Shown here: positions 32,802 to 45,470 of the stretch, piece by piece | Position numbering within the stretch: the first letter of the stretch is position 1 | How the letters are laid out: each line of letters begins with the position of its first letter | Source of the DNA: Lepidodermella squamata | Lineage: Eukaryota; Animalia; Gastrotricha | Length of the DNA: 64,000 nucleotides | Direction: 5' to 3' | Assembly: GCA_047495785.1 (NCBI GenBank) | Contig: JBLDXI010000033.1 | Span: 1,550,001-1,614,000, forward strand | Translations under genes and position numbers: made by a program | Notes under the pieces: model-generated | Database searches by the model: none | The model's input: the letters and a program-made list of their open reading frames with translations, nothing else | What the model was told of the DNA's origin: nothing

Positions 32802-33538
32802 TTTCGCTAGACGAAGGATTCGCATCTCTATCTGTAAGCTTTTCTTCTGATTTCCAGTCTAGCACGTTTTGATGTAATTATTTGATTTTGATATTTGAAA
32901 AATATCAGCTTCAGTGGGAGGGTAAACAAAATGCCAGCCGGTTGCTGACAAATCAATGATAATGCAATTAAAAATTCAAAAGTTTGACTATTGTGGCTCC
33001 AAATTTATGAAAACCTTCAATGCAATATCGCTGATTCCGGTACCGATGATTTTATCTTTTGAATTTTGTAAATTGCGAGAAAATCTAATGTGCTGACGTA
33101 TCTATCAAAATTGAAATGACTGAAAAGACCTTAGAATGTAAATTTATGATTTTTTAACCCCTTTGTTTTAGCGGAATAATTTATCGCTTATTTAGAATTT
33201 GACCCAGCCAGCATTCTTATCTAATGTGGTGACTGATTTGATGGACTTGGTCAACAATAAGGTTTGGTAAGTAATAACTTACCTAATACTAAAATTCAAA
33301 ATTAACGCGGGTAAGTACAAGAACCTCAAAAAAAAACACCGACGAGTGAGAAATCGAGCTTTTATTACAGTAAAATTCACCCAATTTATTATTTGCAATG
33401 AACATTTTATCCTCAGATTTCAGCTCAAAGTTTAAGAAAATCTGAGGTGGTTTATTGAAGGTTCAGAATAAAATTCTTTCATTTGTTTCACAAAAAACGA
33501 CACACAAGGCAAGGAGTAGTCGAAAGCTGATTGATCAT

Positions 33539-36500
33539 TCAAGGATCTGTGATGTCTTCAAACGTGTCACACATCGTGTTGGGCCTCGTCCAACGTCCAT
33601 CAGCGCCACAAATAATGGTGACATTGCCTGTTATTCTATCGCCATCGAGGCAAGAATAGATAATCTCACTGCCGAAATCGTACTTATTGCCGGTTATTAG
33701 TGCCCCAGGCATCTCAGGTATAGGCCCGCAGCCTAAGTAATCCGTACAGGGTGCCTCATTCAGGTACTGCCAATTGCCTTCCGTTGTACAGTTCATGGCA
33801 AATTCATTCTGAAGAGGGATACGCGAGTGATTTCGGCCGTGATAATACCCAGGCTTGCATTTGAATTGGTACAATTTCTCAGGCGCCGCTCCGAATTCTA
33901 ACATGTTCGAGTTAGGAATGGTCAGGGGGACACAGCCTGTTCCATTCTCGCACCGCATAACGTCGAAATGAGCGCAAGGATGGCCGCTGTAGGCTATCAC
34001 GTCCATTCGAATGTAACGAGCCGAAACTTGGAAACGTCTCAAATCGCAGAAGGCAACATCCCAGCCGTTGACGTTGCCGTCGAATTGCTTCGCAAAGCCG
34101 TTTTCCATAATTTTCTCCCAATCACGGCCGTCATTCGAAAAACTTAGCATGAACTGCGATACGAAGTGATTATGCGTTCTTCGGCCTTGAATCGTGAAGC
34201 CCGTCAGTGGGTAGATCATTCCGAGGTCGAGTTGAAGGTAAGGATGGTCGAGATCGCATGGAGCAGCGCACCACGACCTTGTGCCATCTGTATCAAAGAA
34301 GGCGAACATAGGATGAGCCGGGGTTCGCATCGGAACGTCCTTATCATCGCCAATATCGCAAGTCTCGCACTTAGGCTGTTCGGGTGGGAAGTATTTGTTC
34401 CTCTCAGCTGTTGTAATCGGGTCTTCATTTTTCCGGCAAACTTGGCTCGAGTTCAGGTTAGTCAGAGTCGGTTGAGCGTAGGAAGACGCGGTGAAGTGGA
34501 TGTAGGGCTCACGGAATTGACGAGTCGCCAGGTCGGAGCAGTTCCTCTGGGCCTTGCTCAGGCAGACGTAGCTCAATCGAAGGTATTGATTACACAGGGG
34601 GCAAGTTCCTATGTCGAGATTTGCCGGCAAAGAGCCGAGCACGAAGGACGATACGTTGAAGGTGCAGACGTATTTGCCCTCGCATAGCAATCGGGTTTGG
34701 TTGTAGACGTTGCGGAACGGGCAGCTGGACATTTGCGGGATGTCGACGTTCGAACACGCCGATTCTCCAACGCGACCAGCTCGGCCGAAGTGAGCGGATA
34801 AAATTTTGAGTTTCTTTCGATTTTCGATATCTTCAGTTTCGGGGCAAGAAATTGAGGCGTTAGCGCCGTAGCAGAACTCCTGGTTCATAACATCTGTAAA
34901 TAAAAAAGTCAGGTTAATAAGAAAAAGGGGAAAATAATGTTTGTACCATAGCATCCGGATGGAGGAACATCCAGGGTGCCGAGACCACCGCAACAATCCT
35001 CGTCAATAAGGCCATCTCGATCGTTGTCCGTGCCATCACAAATTTCCTCATCCTTTGACCCATCACAGTCGTTGTCAATATTATCGCAGGGATAGTAGTT
35101 CTGGCAAGGTTGGCATGGCTGCAAAAAAATTAATTAAATTATTATCAATTTACGTAAAAATCCACCTTAAAATTTGTAAATTTCATTTTTCTTTTAAAAT
35201 TTCCTGGAAATTAACATTTAATTTCTAAAAATTCTAAAACTTACACATTTTGAAATTCCAAATTTTCAATTTAAAATTTTCCTACAATTTTAAAATTTCC
35301 TTAAAATTTTCATTTTTATCTAAATCATGTTTTCCAACTTTGTAGAAGACTTACGAAATATTGATCAAAGGCGAGTCCGGCGCTGTAGGCATAAGTCTCA
35401 TGTTGGCGCTTTCCGAAAACAAGAGCCAAAAATTTATTGCCAGCATCATTGATCAAATTTTGGAAGCCCTTTGTCGGCAGCCTTAGGTACGTGCAGTAGT
35501 AGCTCGGCGATATCGGACTAGTCGAAGTTATCACCCGACTTGACACGCCAACCCGTTTCGTGTTTAGTATCAACTTATTGTGATCCGTCTGTCGATACGC
35601 TAGCAGTACGTAGTTGACAAAATCTTGCGGATCCGCTGAAGATTTCGTTAAATCAGCCGTTGTGAACACGTAGTTATTGCGCCACTGAATCATCGGCGGC
35701 ACCATGACCATGGACGGATCGCGGCCGACACTTGTCGACAAAAACATGGCGATTTGAACCGGCTTCGACGCAACAACATCAAGACACGCCTTCTTCATGT
35801 ACGGCACTTTGATCAGCGTTGTAGACCCGATGAAGGGCAGAGACAGATTCCCACCCTCGTCAAGGCCGTAAACTGTAACGACTGTACCAGGGTAGGCTGC
35901 GGTGATTTTGAAGTAATCATCGGCTGAAGGGTCTGGGCCGATCGGTAAGATGAAAACTTGGCCCCAGTAGTCGACCGGCAGTAATTGTTCGAAGGTATGA
36001 TCGTTCATAGGACCGACGTAGTCCATTGGATATATCGCTGCCATATTACCCGAAAACGCCGCTATTGTATCATTCGCTAAAATTTCCGTACCACTAAGGT
36101 CACTCGTCGATTTTTCCGAGACAATATGCAAAGCGTTGTATTTCGGTAAAATCAGCGTCAATTTGTCCTTGTTAGTGTAGACTTTGTTGCGAAGATTTAC
36201 GACAATTGGCACTAGAGGATTCGGGAATGAAATCGTGATTTTTGTGTAGTCGTGAACAGCCAAAACTCCGATTTCCCCGCCGCCGATCGTTGGACTCCAC
36301 ATAACGGCGAAGTACCGCTTTCCAAGGATAGATTGAGGCAGGACCAAGGTCGCGCCAACTGAGCCATTCTCGCGATTTACGATGAATACCGAAATAGGTA
36401 CCAATGGTTTGATTGGGCGAGCTCTTAGTCCCCTAGTCGACTGCTCATTGCCCTCTGGCAAGAAGTAGCCAGGCAACGAGATGAAAGTCGATTGGAGCGA

Positions 36501-39500
36501 GTTAAGGAGGACAGTTTCGCCTAAATAAGTCTTCGAAGCTGAGGGCGATGTTACTTCGACGAAGATTTGCCCATTCTGCTGGCGGGTGATTGAGTAAACC
36601 TCGGGCAAAAAGTTTCGAGACACCCAAGGCTGGTTCATGAGGTACATGAAAGGGAAGTCATCAACGCCCTCGTTTGAGACAGTTTTGCAGTAGGCAGATG
36701 GCATTGGGCAACCCTCGTCGACCTTGCCATTCTGGTTGTTATCTTTATTATCGCCGCAAACCTCCGAAACAGTTGGCGGGGTTTGGTCGCAAATCGCTTC
36801 GATATCTCGCATGCTTGGCACAGCTTGGCCGCTTACAGTCGGCGTGCAGCCGGAGCAGTGGCCGCGGATTTTGTAGCCAATATATTCGAAACTTCTCGCG
36901 TTCCAATCAGTTACAGCGACTTGGAATGGGATTAATTTAGTCACGTGTTGCAAAATTCCAAGTTGCTCAGGCTTCACTACGGCAAATCGGCCGATGACCT
37001 CGTTGGTACCCATTATAGGCTCGACTTTGATACCCGTCAACGGCTCGCCGTTCCATTCGAGGTTATCGACCTGGCTCGCCTGCATGATTATCGACGCGAT
37101 TTGGGTCGCGTTTGACGTGACATTAGACGGCCGTCCGATGACAACTTGCCGCATCCACGCCGGCGGGGTTGGGACGAATTGTAACGAAATCGCTCGAACA
37201 GTCGTGTCAGGGATGACCGTATGTAGCACGATGAGAGGCGAGGTTGCGAAAATGCTAGTAACCAGCCCGCTGACCAACGGCGTCACGTAGGTATCACCGC
37301 TCCTTTCCAACTGGATTCGCAATTTCGACGACAAAATTTGAACCTGAGTTTGAGGCTCGATAGCTACAACCACGGCTTCTTCAACCCTGGTCGACCTGAA
37401 ATCGGCCTGTTGAACCAAATATCGAACGGCGAAGTTTTCAATCGGCGGCACTTGCACAACGCCGAAATGCGCGTCGATTTCTAGGTCAACAAAAACTGCG
37501 AGGCGAGTCGTGTTCGGGGTTGACATGATTCGCAACCCGGTGAGGTCAAGGAGTCGACTCGATATTTGAATCGTGTCAAACTCGTTCCAGAGCGTCACGG
37601 TCATCGATGGGCCTGATAGTCTCTGCTCAGCGTCGTTGACCAGCAGTTTCACCCGCTTATCCCCGAGTAAGATATCGTGCTTCAGGGTGATCACAACCGC
37701 CTGGCCAGGTGAGGCGTGGCACACGGTGACAGTACAAGTGATGGCTCGAGGATGGCAGACAATCATGTAGTCGTTGCCAAGGACGCTGGTCGGCATGACC
37801 TGGGCTTTGATTTTACCGAAAACCGCCGTGCCAGGCGGGTCGTTCATCGGTCGAGCAACCGAACCGCCGAAAACTACGATCGCAATCGGGCTGCTGGCTG
37901 ATACCGAAGTTCCGGTCAAAATACCGCTTTTACCCGGCTTCACATCGATTTGGTCACCCTCGTTGAGCGAAAATGATAAATCACTGGTCGAAAGTGGTTT
38001 AGTGAAGGACTTCCTCTTCCCCTCGTATGTTGTCACCTGGACCAGGGCGTTATTAGCCGGGTCTTCAATCAACGAACCAGCTAACCAGGGTGCGCCCGAA
38101 ATTACGACCTGGGTCGAATTGAATAGAATTGTCATAGACGCCGTGCAGTATTTAGACTCAAGTTGGCAAATGATGATGTAGGTGTAAGGCAATTGGTTGC
38201 TTTTACCCCCACCGCTTGGTCGGATCTGCTGGCCGCCTCTTCGAGTCATCGTTGATGTGATGTAGTAACCCTTTTTCACACTGAGTTCACCACCAAACGC
38301 TGTTATTTTGAATTTCCGGGCGCTGTAGATTTTCCCGGGTACAGCCGGTTCGGACAGGTTGACCGATGGCGGGATATCGATGACAACAGTCTCTTCGAAG
38401 CCGATTTTCACGTAATTGGAGTAGCCTTCCGCTTCATTGGTGATGTTGGCCCAAACCTCGCCGAGGAAAGCGCGGTGTCCCGTGATTTCGATGAAAGGCT
38501 GCATCATGGCTGATTCCTCCGAGACGGAGAACGCGACGACAAATTGCCGGCCGTACAACTCGCCGCGGGAGCAGTTCGAACTTTCATCCGTTACAGTTAC
38601 AGGCGGAATCACCTCTGCAAAAAAATCAAATTGATTTAGCTGAAAGTAATTTAATTAAATTAGTGAATTTTTATTAAAATGAATTTGAAATTGAATTTAA
38701 ATTTAAATTTAAATTTCAAAATTATTTCAAAAATTTCAAAAATTGAATTTTATATGAATTTTTTAGCATCTCAATTCAGTTTGGGCAGCATTTTCTTCAA
38801 GACAAGAACTCACTTTCGTAAAAATTCGAATGTTGGCTTTCTCGAGGATTCATGCAAGATTCAGCGCGAAGGATACATTTGTAGTGGTAGAAATTGTAAG
38901 AAAATCCGGCGCATTCGGCATACAGCGAACAATGAGCTCCACAGGCCTTAGCATTTGGAATTTCTTCGATGCCGAGAATTTCAGTGTGACAGTTGCCACC
39001 CAGTCTCAAATAGCCAGGAATTTCTATAATCCAAAAGAATCATGGTCAAATAATTTCAGGAAATTTTTCCAAATTTTTTTACCTGGAAATCTGTGCTGGT
39101 AATGCTCGCCTTCCTCTTCGTCCGACATTCCTTCGCCGTCGACTTTATTACCCGGTCCAGTGTACTCGCTCGAATGATGACCACCTGGGCCCTGACCAAC
39201 GTTGATCACCTTGGGCGTATCAGTTGTCTCAGGCAAAGCTCCCTGCCATTTCATATCCTTGTGGTAGAAAATTTGGCGAGAACCACTCTGCGGCGGCCAG
39301 CAATCAGCCGATTTCAACACGCACTGCAAATCAATTGGGTCAAATGAGAAGCCGGCGCAATCTTCACGCATCGTGCACAAATTCGCGCAATCTTGAAGCG
39401 AGGTCGCATCAGGCGACCCGGCGAGATAGTGGCCAGGGCAGTTACCGGCGAATCGGAAATACCCGAACACGTCGACTAGCAACTCAGGCCCAACTGAAGC

Positions 39501-41436
39501 AGCTTTCGGTTTCTTCTTGTACTTTTTCGGCGCGACCAAAGTGCGGCGGTGAACGGTTTCGTAAGGGCTATGCAGTTTTTTCGTGTACTCGTCCCAGTCA
39601 CCCTCGCTCAGTTTCGACAACCGCCGACCACCCTGGCCGTGATTAGTCGCGTCGCCGAGTCGTTTTGTCACGACACTTGGGTTTCGCCCATCGTCTTCTT
39701 GCGGCAGATTGAACTGAGGGTCTTTCGGGAAGCGCCAGTTGAGGCTTATTGACGGCATCGGGACGCCGTCACCTGGCAATGGCGCCACGCTGTTGCTGGT
39801 GGAAAATGACATCGAGGAGAACCCACCAGCTGATTTCAAAAGTCCAGTCGGCTTTTTCAGAGCTGAAAAAAATTATTTTAAATTTTAAATTTTCAAATTA
39901 AAATTATTAAAAAAAGAAATTAATAAAAAATAGTTAAAATAATTATAACAAATGAAATTAATTACTAATAATTATTAGAAAATAATTAAAAAATCAGAAA
40001 AATTCATTTTAAGATTTCTGAAGTGAATTTGACCTAAAATTACTTACAATATCGCGGCTGTTGTTGATTGCTGATGCTAATTCGATCGACAGATCCGCCA
40101 AGGTCGTTCGATTCCTGTTTCCTCGAGACATCAATCACTCGATTCAAGATCGGTTGCGACAGTTCTGGCGGTGCTTTGATCGACATCATGGGCGCGGATG
40201 GGTCTGGATTGGACGGGTCAACAGTCGGCGCCTTGCCAGGCTCACCCTGGCTACCAGTCACCCCCGGCAAGAGATGACCAGGTATCGACGACTGCCCGCC
40301 AGTTTTATTCGGCGACATTTTTTCGTAGAAATTGTAGTTTCCGTCAAGTGTTGGGTTGTGGCATGGGACAGTTTTCAGGAAGCAAGTATTCTCCTCGCGG
40401 CTGTAAGAAAATCCGACGCAAACCGTGTCGTCGTTGCATCGAAACGCGCACTCGGCCAATTCGCCGAAAATGCGAGAGCCCAAAATGTTGCCCTTGCAAT
40501 TGCCGGCGAGTTTCAGATAGCCAGGCAGTTCGAACCGCTCGTCGCTGATCTCTTTCTTGTAGAATTTGTACGATGAATCTGCTTTCGGAGCTTCACACCA
40601 CGCGGCTTTCATGTAGCAAAGTTCGGACTGGACTGAGTAGGAAAAACCGGCGCAGTTGAACGTTTCGTTACACTTGGCTGCACACTGTTCGATGGGTAGG
40701 GACATGCCGGCTGAAAGAGTGTGGCCTCGACAGTTGCCATCAAGCTCCTGGTAGCCGAGCGGAACGCCTCGAGCTTCCGCATAATCAGCTGAAAATTAAA
40801 TAATTTCAATATTAAATTAAATTTCAATAAATTTCAATATTAAATTTATTTTTTTTAATTTAAAAATTGATAAATCCAATTTTCTTAAATTTTGAATGAA
40901 TTGCGTAATTAATTCTGCTCACTTCTTCTGTAAAACTTGAATGGGTGATTTGGATCAGGATCCGAGCACTGCTTCTCCTTCAGGTAGCACGTCTGGTACT
41001 CCTCGGCGTACGAGAAACCGGCGCAGAACTTGTTTTGAACGCACAGCTGAGCGCACTGCTCGACAGGCACCTCCATCTGCCGGCCCATAGTTGCACCCTT
41101 GCAGTTGCCGTTCATGCGCTCGAAGCCGAGCATCGTCAATAGGGCGACGACGGAGGGTGTTGTTGTTTTGCCCGGCTCCAGAGTGGCCTGTTGTGCCGCC
41201 GGTGTCGATAATGACGTCGCATTGCTTCCGTCTGGCTCGTCGCTTTCGCCTGTTTTAGGCGATGAAGATACAGTAGCGGCTGGGGATGAAGTGGGGCCAT
41301 CTGACACGGTCGACGGCTGCGGCGTCGACGAGCTGTCGGGTGTTTGCGGCGTCACGGTCGACTGCGCGTGACAATAGGGTGCGCACATAAATAACACGAG
41401 TACGAAAATCATCATCGAACAAGAAGTTGTTGCCAT
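33539..41436 (-). CDS. Large secreted mosaic protein: S/T stalk, 5 PAN/apple, 2 IgGFc-binding-like, Asp-rich metal-binding repeats, SUEL/Gal-lectin, F5/8 discoidin, 2 sushi
   Basis: Joins ORFs 41436-40920, about 40788-40066, 39862-39083, 39015-38810, 38614-35355, 35118-34945 and 34893-33539 across AT-rich GT-AG introns. Motifs: GNC..CA..C..CAGFSY..CYLK; HTFEQLLPVDYWG..; DNDCDG..DEEICDGTDNDRDGLIDEDC; LQLDLG..IQGR..ARYIR; YSCLDG..CGADGRW. The single-gene model is an inference. Confidence 0.75.
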
Positions 41437-44400
41437 CTTTGTTCGAGGTTGAATTTTGCGAATTTAAAATAGAATTTCACAAAAATTTCCCATCCGTATA
41501 TTTTGACGCGTAATTACCTGTAATTATTGCGCATCTCATCGTCTCACCCACTCTGGCTCTCTCTTATTAGCATACCTGAGCTCGCGCGCTCTTGTCAAAG
41601 TAAATTATATCGGCGTGATGCTCTTGGCGTGCCGTCGCGATTGCTGTTTGCTTAAACTCTCGAAACACAAGCCGCGCCAACACTTGGCTCCAGTGCGTTA
41701 TACAACCGCGCGCGTTTACTCACCCTGCGTGATGATAAACGCGCCCGTGTTCATTTTGGTTACTTTTATTAATTGTCATCCTCGTGACTGTGTGATAGCG
41801 ACCAGTTTTAGGCGCGCGTAACACCGTTAGACAGCGGCAAACAACGTACGATATAGTGCGCATTCCAGATTTCACTGTGATGATGGCTGGGTATATTAGG
41901 CACTTCTCGGTCAAAGTGAGCGCAAAAGAACGAATAACGCACGGAATACAGGTAGGCCCGGCCGTGACCGTGTGACCACAATTGACAATCGCTGCCGTCG
42001 CGGGTGTTTTTCCACCCCCGGCCCCGCCACTAACTTTGGTTACACACATGAGTGGCAATAAATAAAAGAGGCGTGTACAGGTGTAATAAAACAGCTTGTG
42101 TCACCTTGCTTGCTGAGGGCGTGACCGCAGACAGGAGACAGGAGGCAGCTGCAGCAGTAAAAAAACCGCAATAACAGGACGCCGGTGTCACGCACGGTCA
42201 GGTGAAAATGGCCCGGGCGCTAAAACGTCGGCGGTTACATTTTTGCACCTGTGCCGAAAAAAACCAACTCAGCAGGGTTATTTACCGCGGCGAGTTTTCT
42301 TCCTCTCTTCATCGCAGAAATCGCCGCGATGTTATAACAAATTGTAAATATTTTCTCAACTTTTATTATTCACCTTTAGCGCGCGCGAGCGCAACGCGAA
42401 CAAATAAGCTCCGGTGAGTAATCCGGTTGGCTTCGGCTTTTTACCCGGTGAAAAATTGCGCGTGATTCACGCGCGCGCTTGTTTCTTGTTGTTTGTTTTG
42501 TTGGCCAGCGCCCACAAAAAGCCGGCGTAATTATTTTATATATTTTTTCTTTCACTTTTTTTAAGGCGGCTGCGCGCAAAATAACAGCAAATTTTACATT
42601 GCGCGAGCGTTTTGTTTTCAGAAATTTTATTTAATCACTATTAATGGAATAATATGCCCCCCGCCTGTTGCTGTTGCGGCTCGGCTATATAGCTCACAAG
42701 ATTTCCGAATCGATTTCCGTACCAAATTTGGGTAACACAAATACGACGCATGTGGCATGTTCATCATCGTCGTCGCGGTCGCTACCTCGTAAAAATGTCT
42801 GCAATAACGCTCGCACTTGTAAGTATATACGTAGTAGCTCGTTTGTATTGTTTTAAAACGAGACGCGAACGGGCGCAACGCAAAAACTGCCGGCATTGTT
42901 TCAGGCCGGCGACAGCGATACTTATGAAGCAACACAACGCGGGCGTGTGGTGCGCGTGAAATGATTAGCGCCGACTTTGCGCGGGCTCGGCCGACGCGCG
43001 AGCGCGCTTTTTACAATTTATTATTGAACAAACTCATTAAAATTCAAACACCAACTCGTACGTGTATCCTGGTGTTATGTACCCCTTTATTCAAATTGAT
43101 GTCTCAAGGTGTTTGTAGCCTAAACACACTTTTCGAGATTCATTTATGAGATAGCCCTGGCACCTGAGTTTTGTCTCCGTGCTTCGAGCCGCATATATTT
43201 ATTTTCTTTCATTAGCTAATTGTTGCAACACGTGAGCGTCTCATCACCCATATATGCTTTCATCATCATTTCTCAACAAAATTTCAAAGTTAAAATATAC
43301 ATTTTTACTTGCGCAACATAAGATATATGAAATTCGATTATTATATAGGCAAAACAATGGGCAATTATTGCTTCTGAAATTTCTGCGCTTTCCAGATTTT
43401 TTGAATTTTTTGAAGAGCAAATACGATGCCTGAAAAATACCGTTTGCTTTCGTCAATTTAAAAATAGTTTTTCCGCGCATGTTTGGCCGCGCAAAATTAT
43501 TGAATGCGTAAACTAAAAATTGATAGATATGTTTCCGCTAGGTAGTACCAGAAAATGTTGACAACAATGCGGCACACCTTTTCGCTGTCGCAAAAATGTG
43601 CTAATGCACGGTGATGAGTCACTTTTTCGACAAACATGCTGTTTCGAAATCATCAGAAATGAACACGGCGTTATTATTTACCACATCATTTTTGCCGCGC
43701 ACTCTGTTTATTATTTATCAGCCGAAAATTTTTACCCATAGACGCGGTTATATCAAAAAAAGTTAGACATCACGATAGTTTATCTGCTTGCTCGCGGTCT
43801 TTTTGACTACTCTCGCGGTGATGATGATGACACGCTGTAGGCAGTGTTGCAAAACAACAAAAGCACAAGCAATTTGTGTGTTATTTATTTTTACAAAAAT
43901 GAGCTCGCGCTATTTTTGCGCGCGCCGCGTCGCATCGCGCATCTATTAGTGCGCGTTTAATCAGCCGACGCACGCGCTCGCATCTCTTTAACCAAAAAAA
44001 AATTTAGCAATGTGTCAACCGCGAGACACGCGCTGTTAAACTACCGATGACTCGGCATAGGTATCATGTTCCTCGGTGTCATTGCTCTGCCAAAAACAAG
44101 AACTGTTTGGTAATAACACGCAAACACGAGTATTATTATTATTTCACTGAAAATTAATTGAGGAAAAAATTAATTGACCAACTTTTTTCGGTCACATTTA
44201 GACTTACGTATGTACAAACAGACCTAGGTATTATTATTATTGACTCAGTTATTTACCCGCAACTCGGCACTTGATTTTACCCTTCAATCTTGATACTTGG
44301 TGTAGCTTTCTGCTCTTATAGGCGAACTGGGCCTAATATTTGATAATACTGTATAGGTATTTATTATTATTGTTTTTTCGTTATTAGCCATCAACCTCTA

Positions 44401-45470
44401 CTGAGGTCCGAAAAGATGGTGGATGATCCAACAATAATAAACACAACAAGCGCATTGTAGCGTCGTTTCTTTTATACGCCGCGCATTGACCTTGAAACGC
44501 GCGACTGGTCAAACGCGGCCACACCTGAATGCGCATTTTCGATTTCGCCCCGCGTGGCTCGCCTTGTTAACCTTTGATTACAGGTGAATGTGCATTCACA
44601 CGGGCCATTCTTTCATATTGTCTCATTGTTTATCGCAAAAGGAGGTCGGTTTATTTCAAAAGTGAGCAAAACAAGTCGCTTTTTAATAGGGCAAGTTCTA
44701 GAACTTTGAGTATTATACAGGTGTTTTTCTCATTGTTTTTGTCGCCCATGGCACCCGCGTAGCGATTTCGCGCACCTGAGCCTGGTTCGAAAATATCGCG
44801 CGCTGATTTTTTCGCGATTTTTCTTCAGTGCGCTCAATTACGGTGCGAAAAGTTTTCTTACAATGATTTATTGTTTGATTTCAATAAAAGCCCTACGCAG
44901 CAGCAGCTTCAGGGCAACTGCTGGTGTTTACCGATAGTGGTAATATTTATTATCCGCAAAGACACCCCTATCTCGAGACGAAAATCGATCGTTGCGCACT
45001 ATATATCATAGAACCAATACCCTAACCACGCCACTTTATTATCAGGTGTGCGCGACGAGTTGGGCAGGTATCCTATATTTACCTTCGATATATGGCTTGT
45101 CAAGTTATCAACATCAGTAAGGTAATACGAGTTTACGTGCAGTTGCCATCGCACGTGGCCGGTTGTGACCGGACTGCGAAGACAATCATTATTCACCCTG
45201 ATCGCGACTTCGTGTTTATTTATCGTTAAATAACTCACTCGACACGGGCAGGCTATATGTTTTTCTTAGCAGAAAAAATTCCGAACCCACAATATTTACC
45301 CAGCAGCCTATCTACCTTAATCACGCAATTTTTCGTATTAATCACCTGATTACTCATTTTTTCATAGATAATTTTATACGCGGGAACAGCGTATTTAAAG
45401 CCGCTGAATTTTACTTCATTAATAAGCATTTTACGAATTGTTACTGCTGAGAATAATTAATTGTTTTCGG

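Noticed and set aside
41615-45238. Several 60-110 aa ORFs in the intergenic spacer
   Set aside because: No motifs, signal peptides or splice structure; likely chance ORFs.
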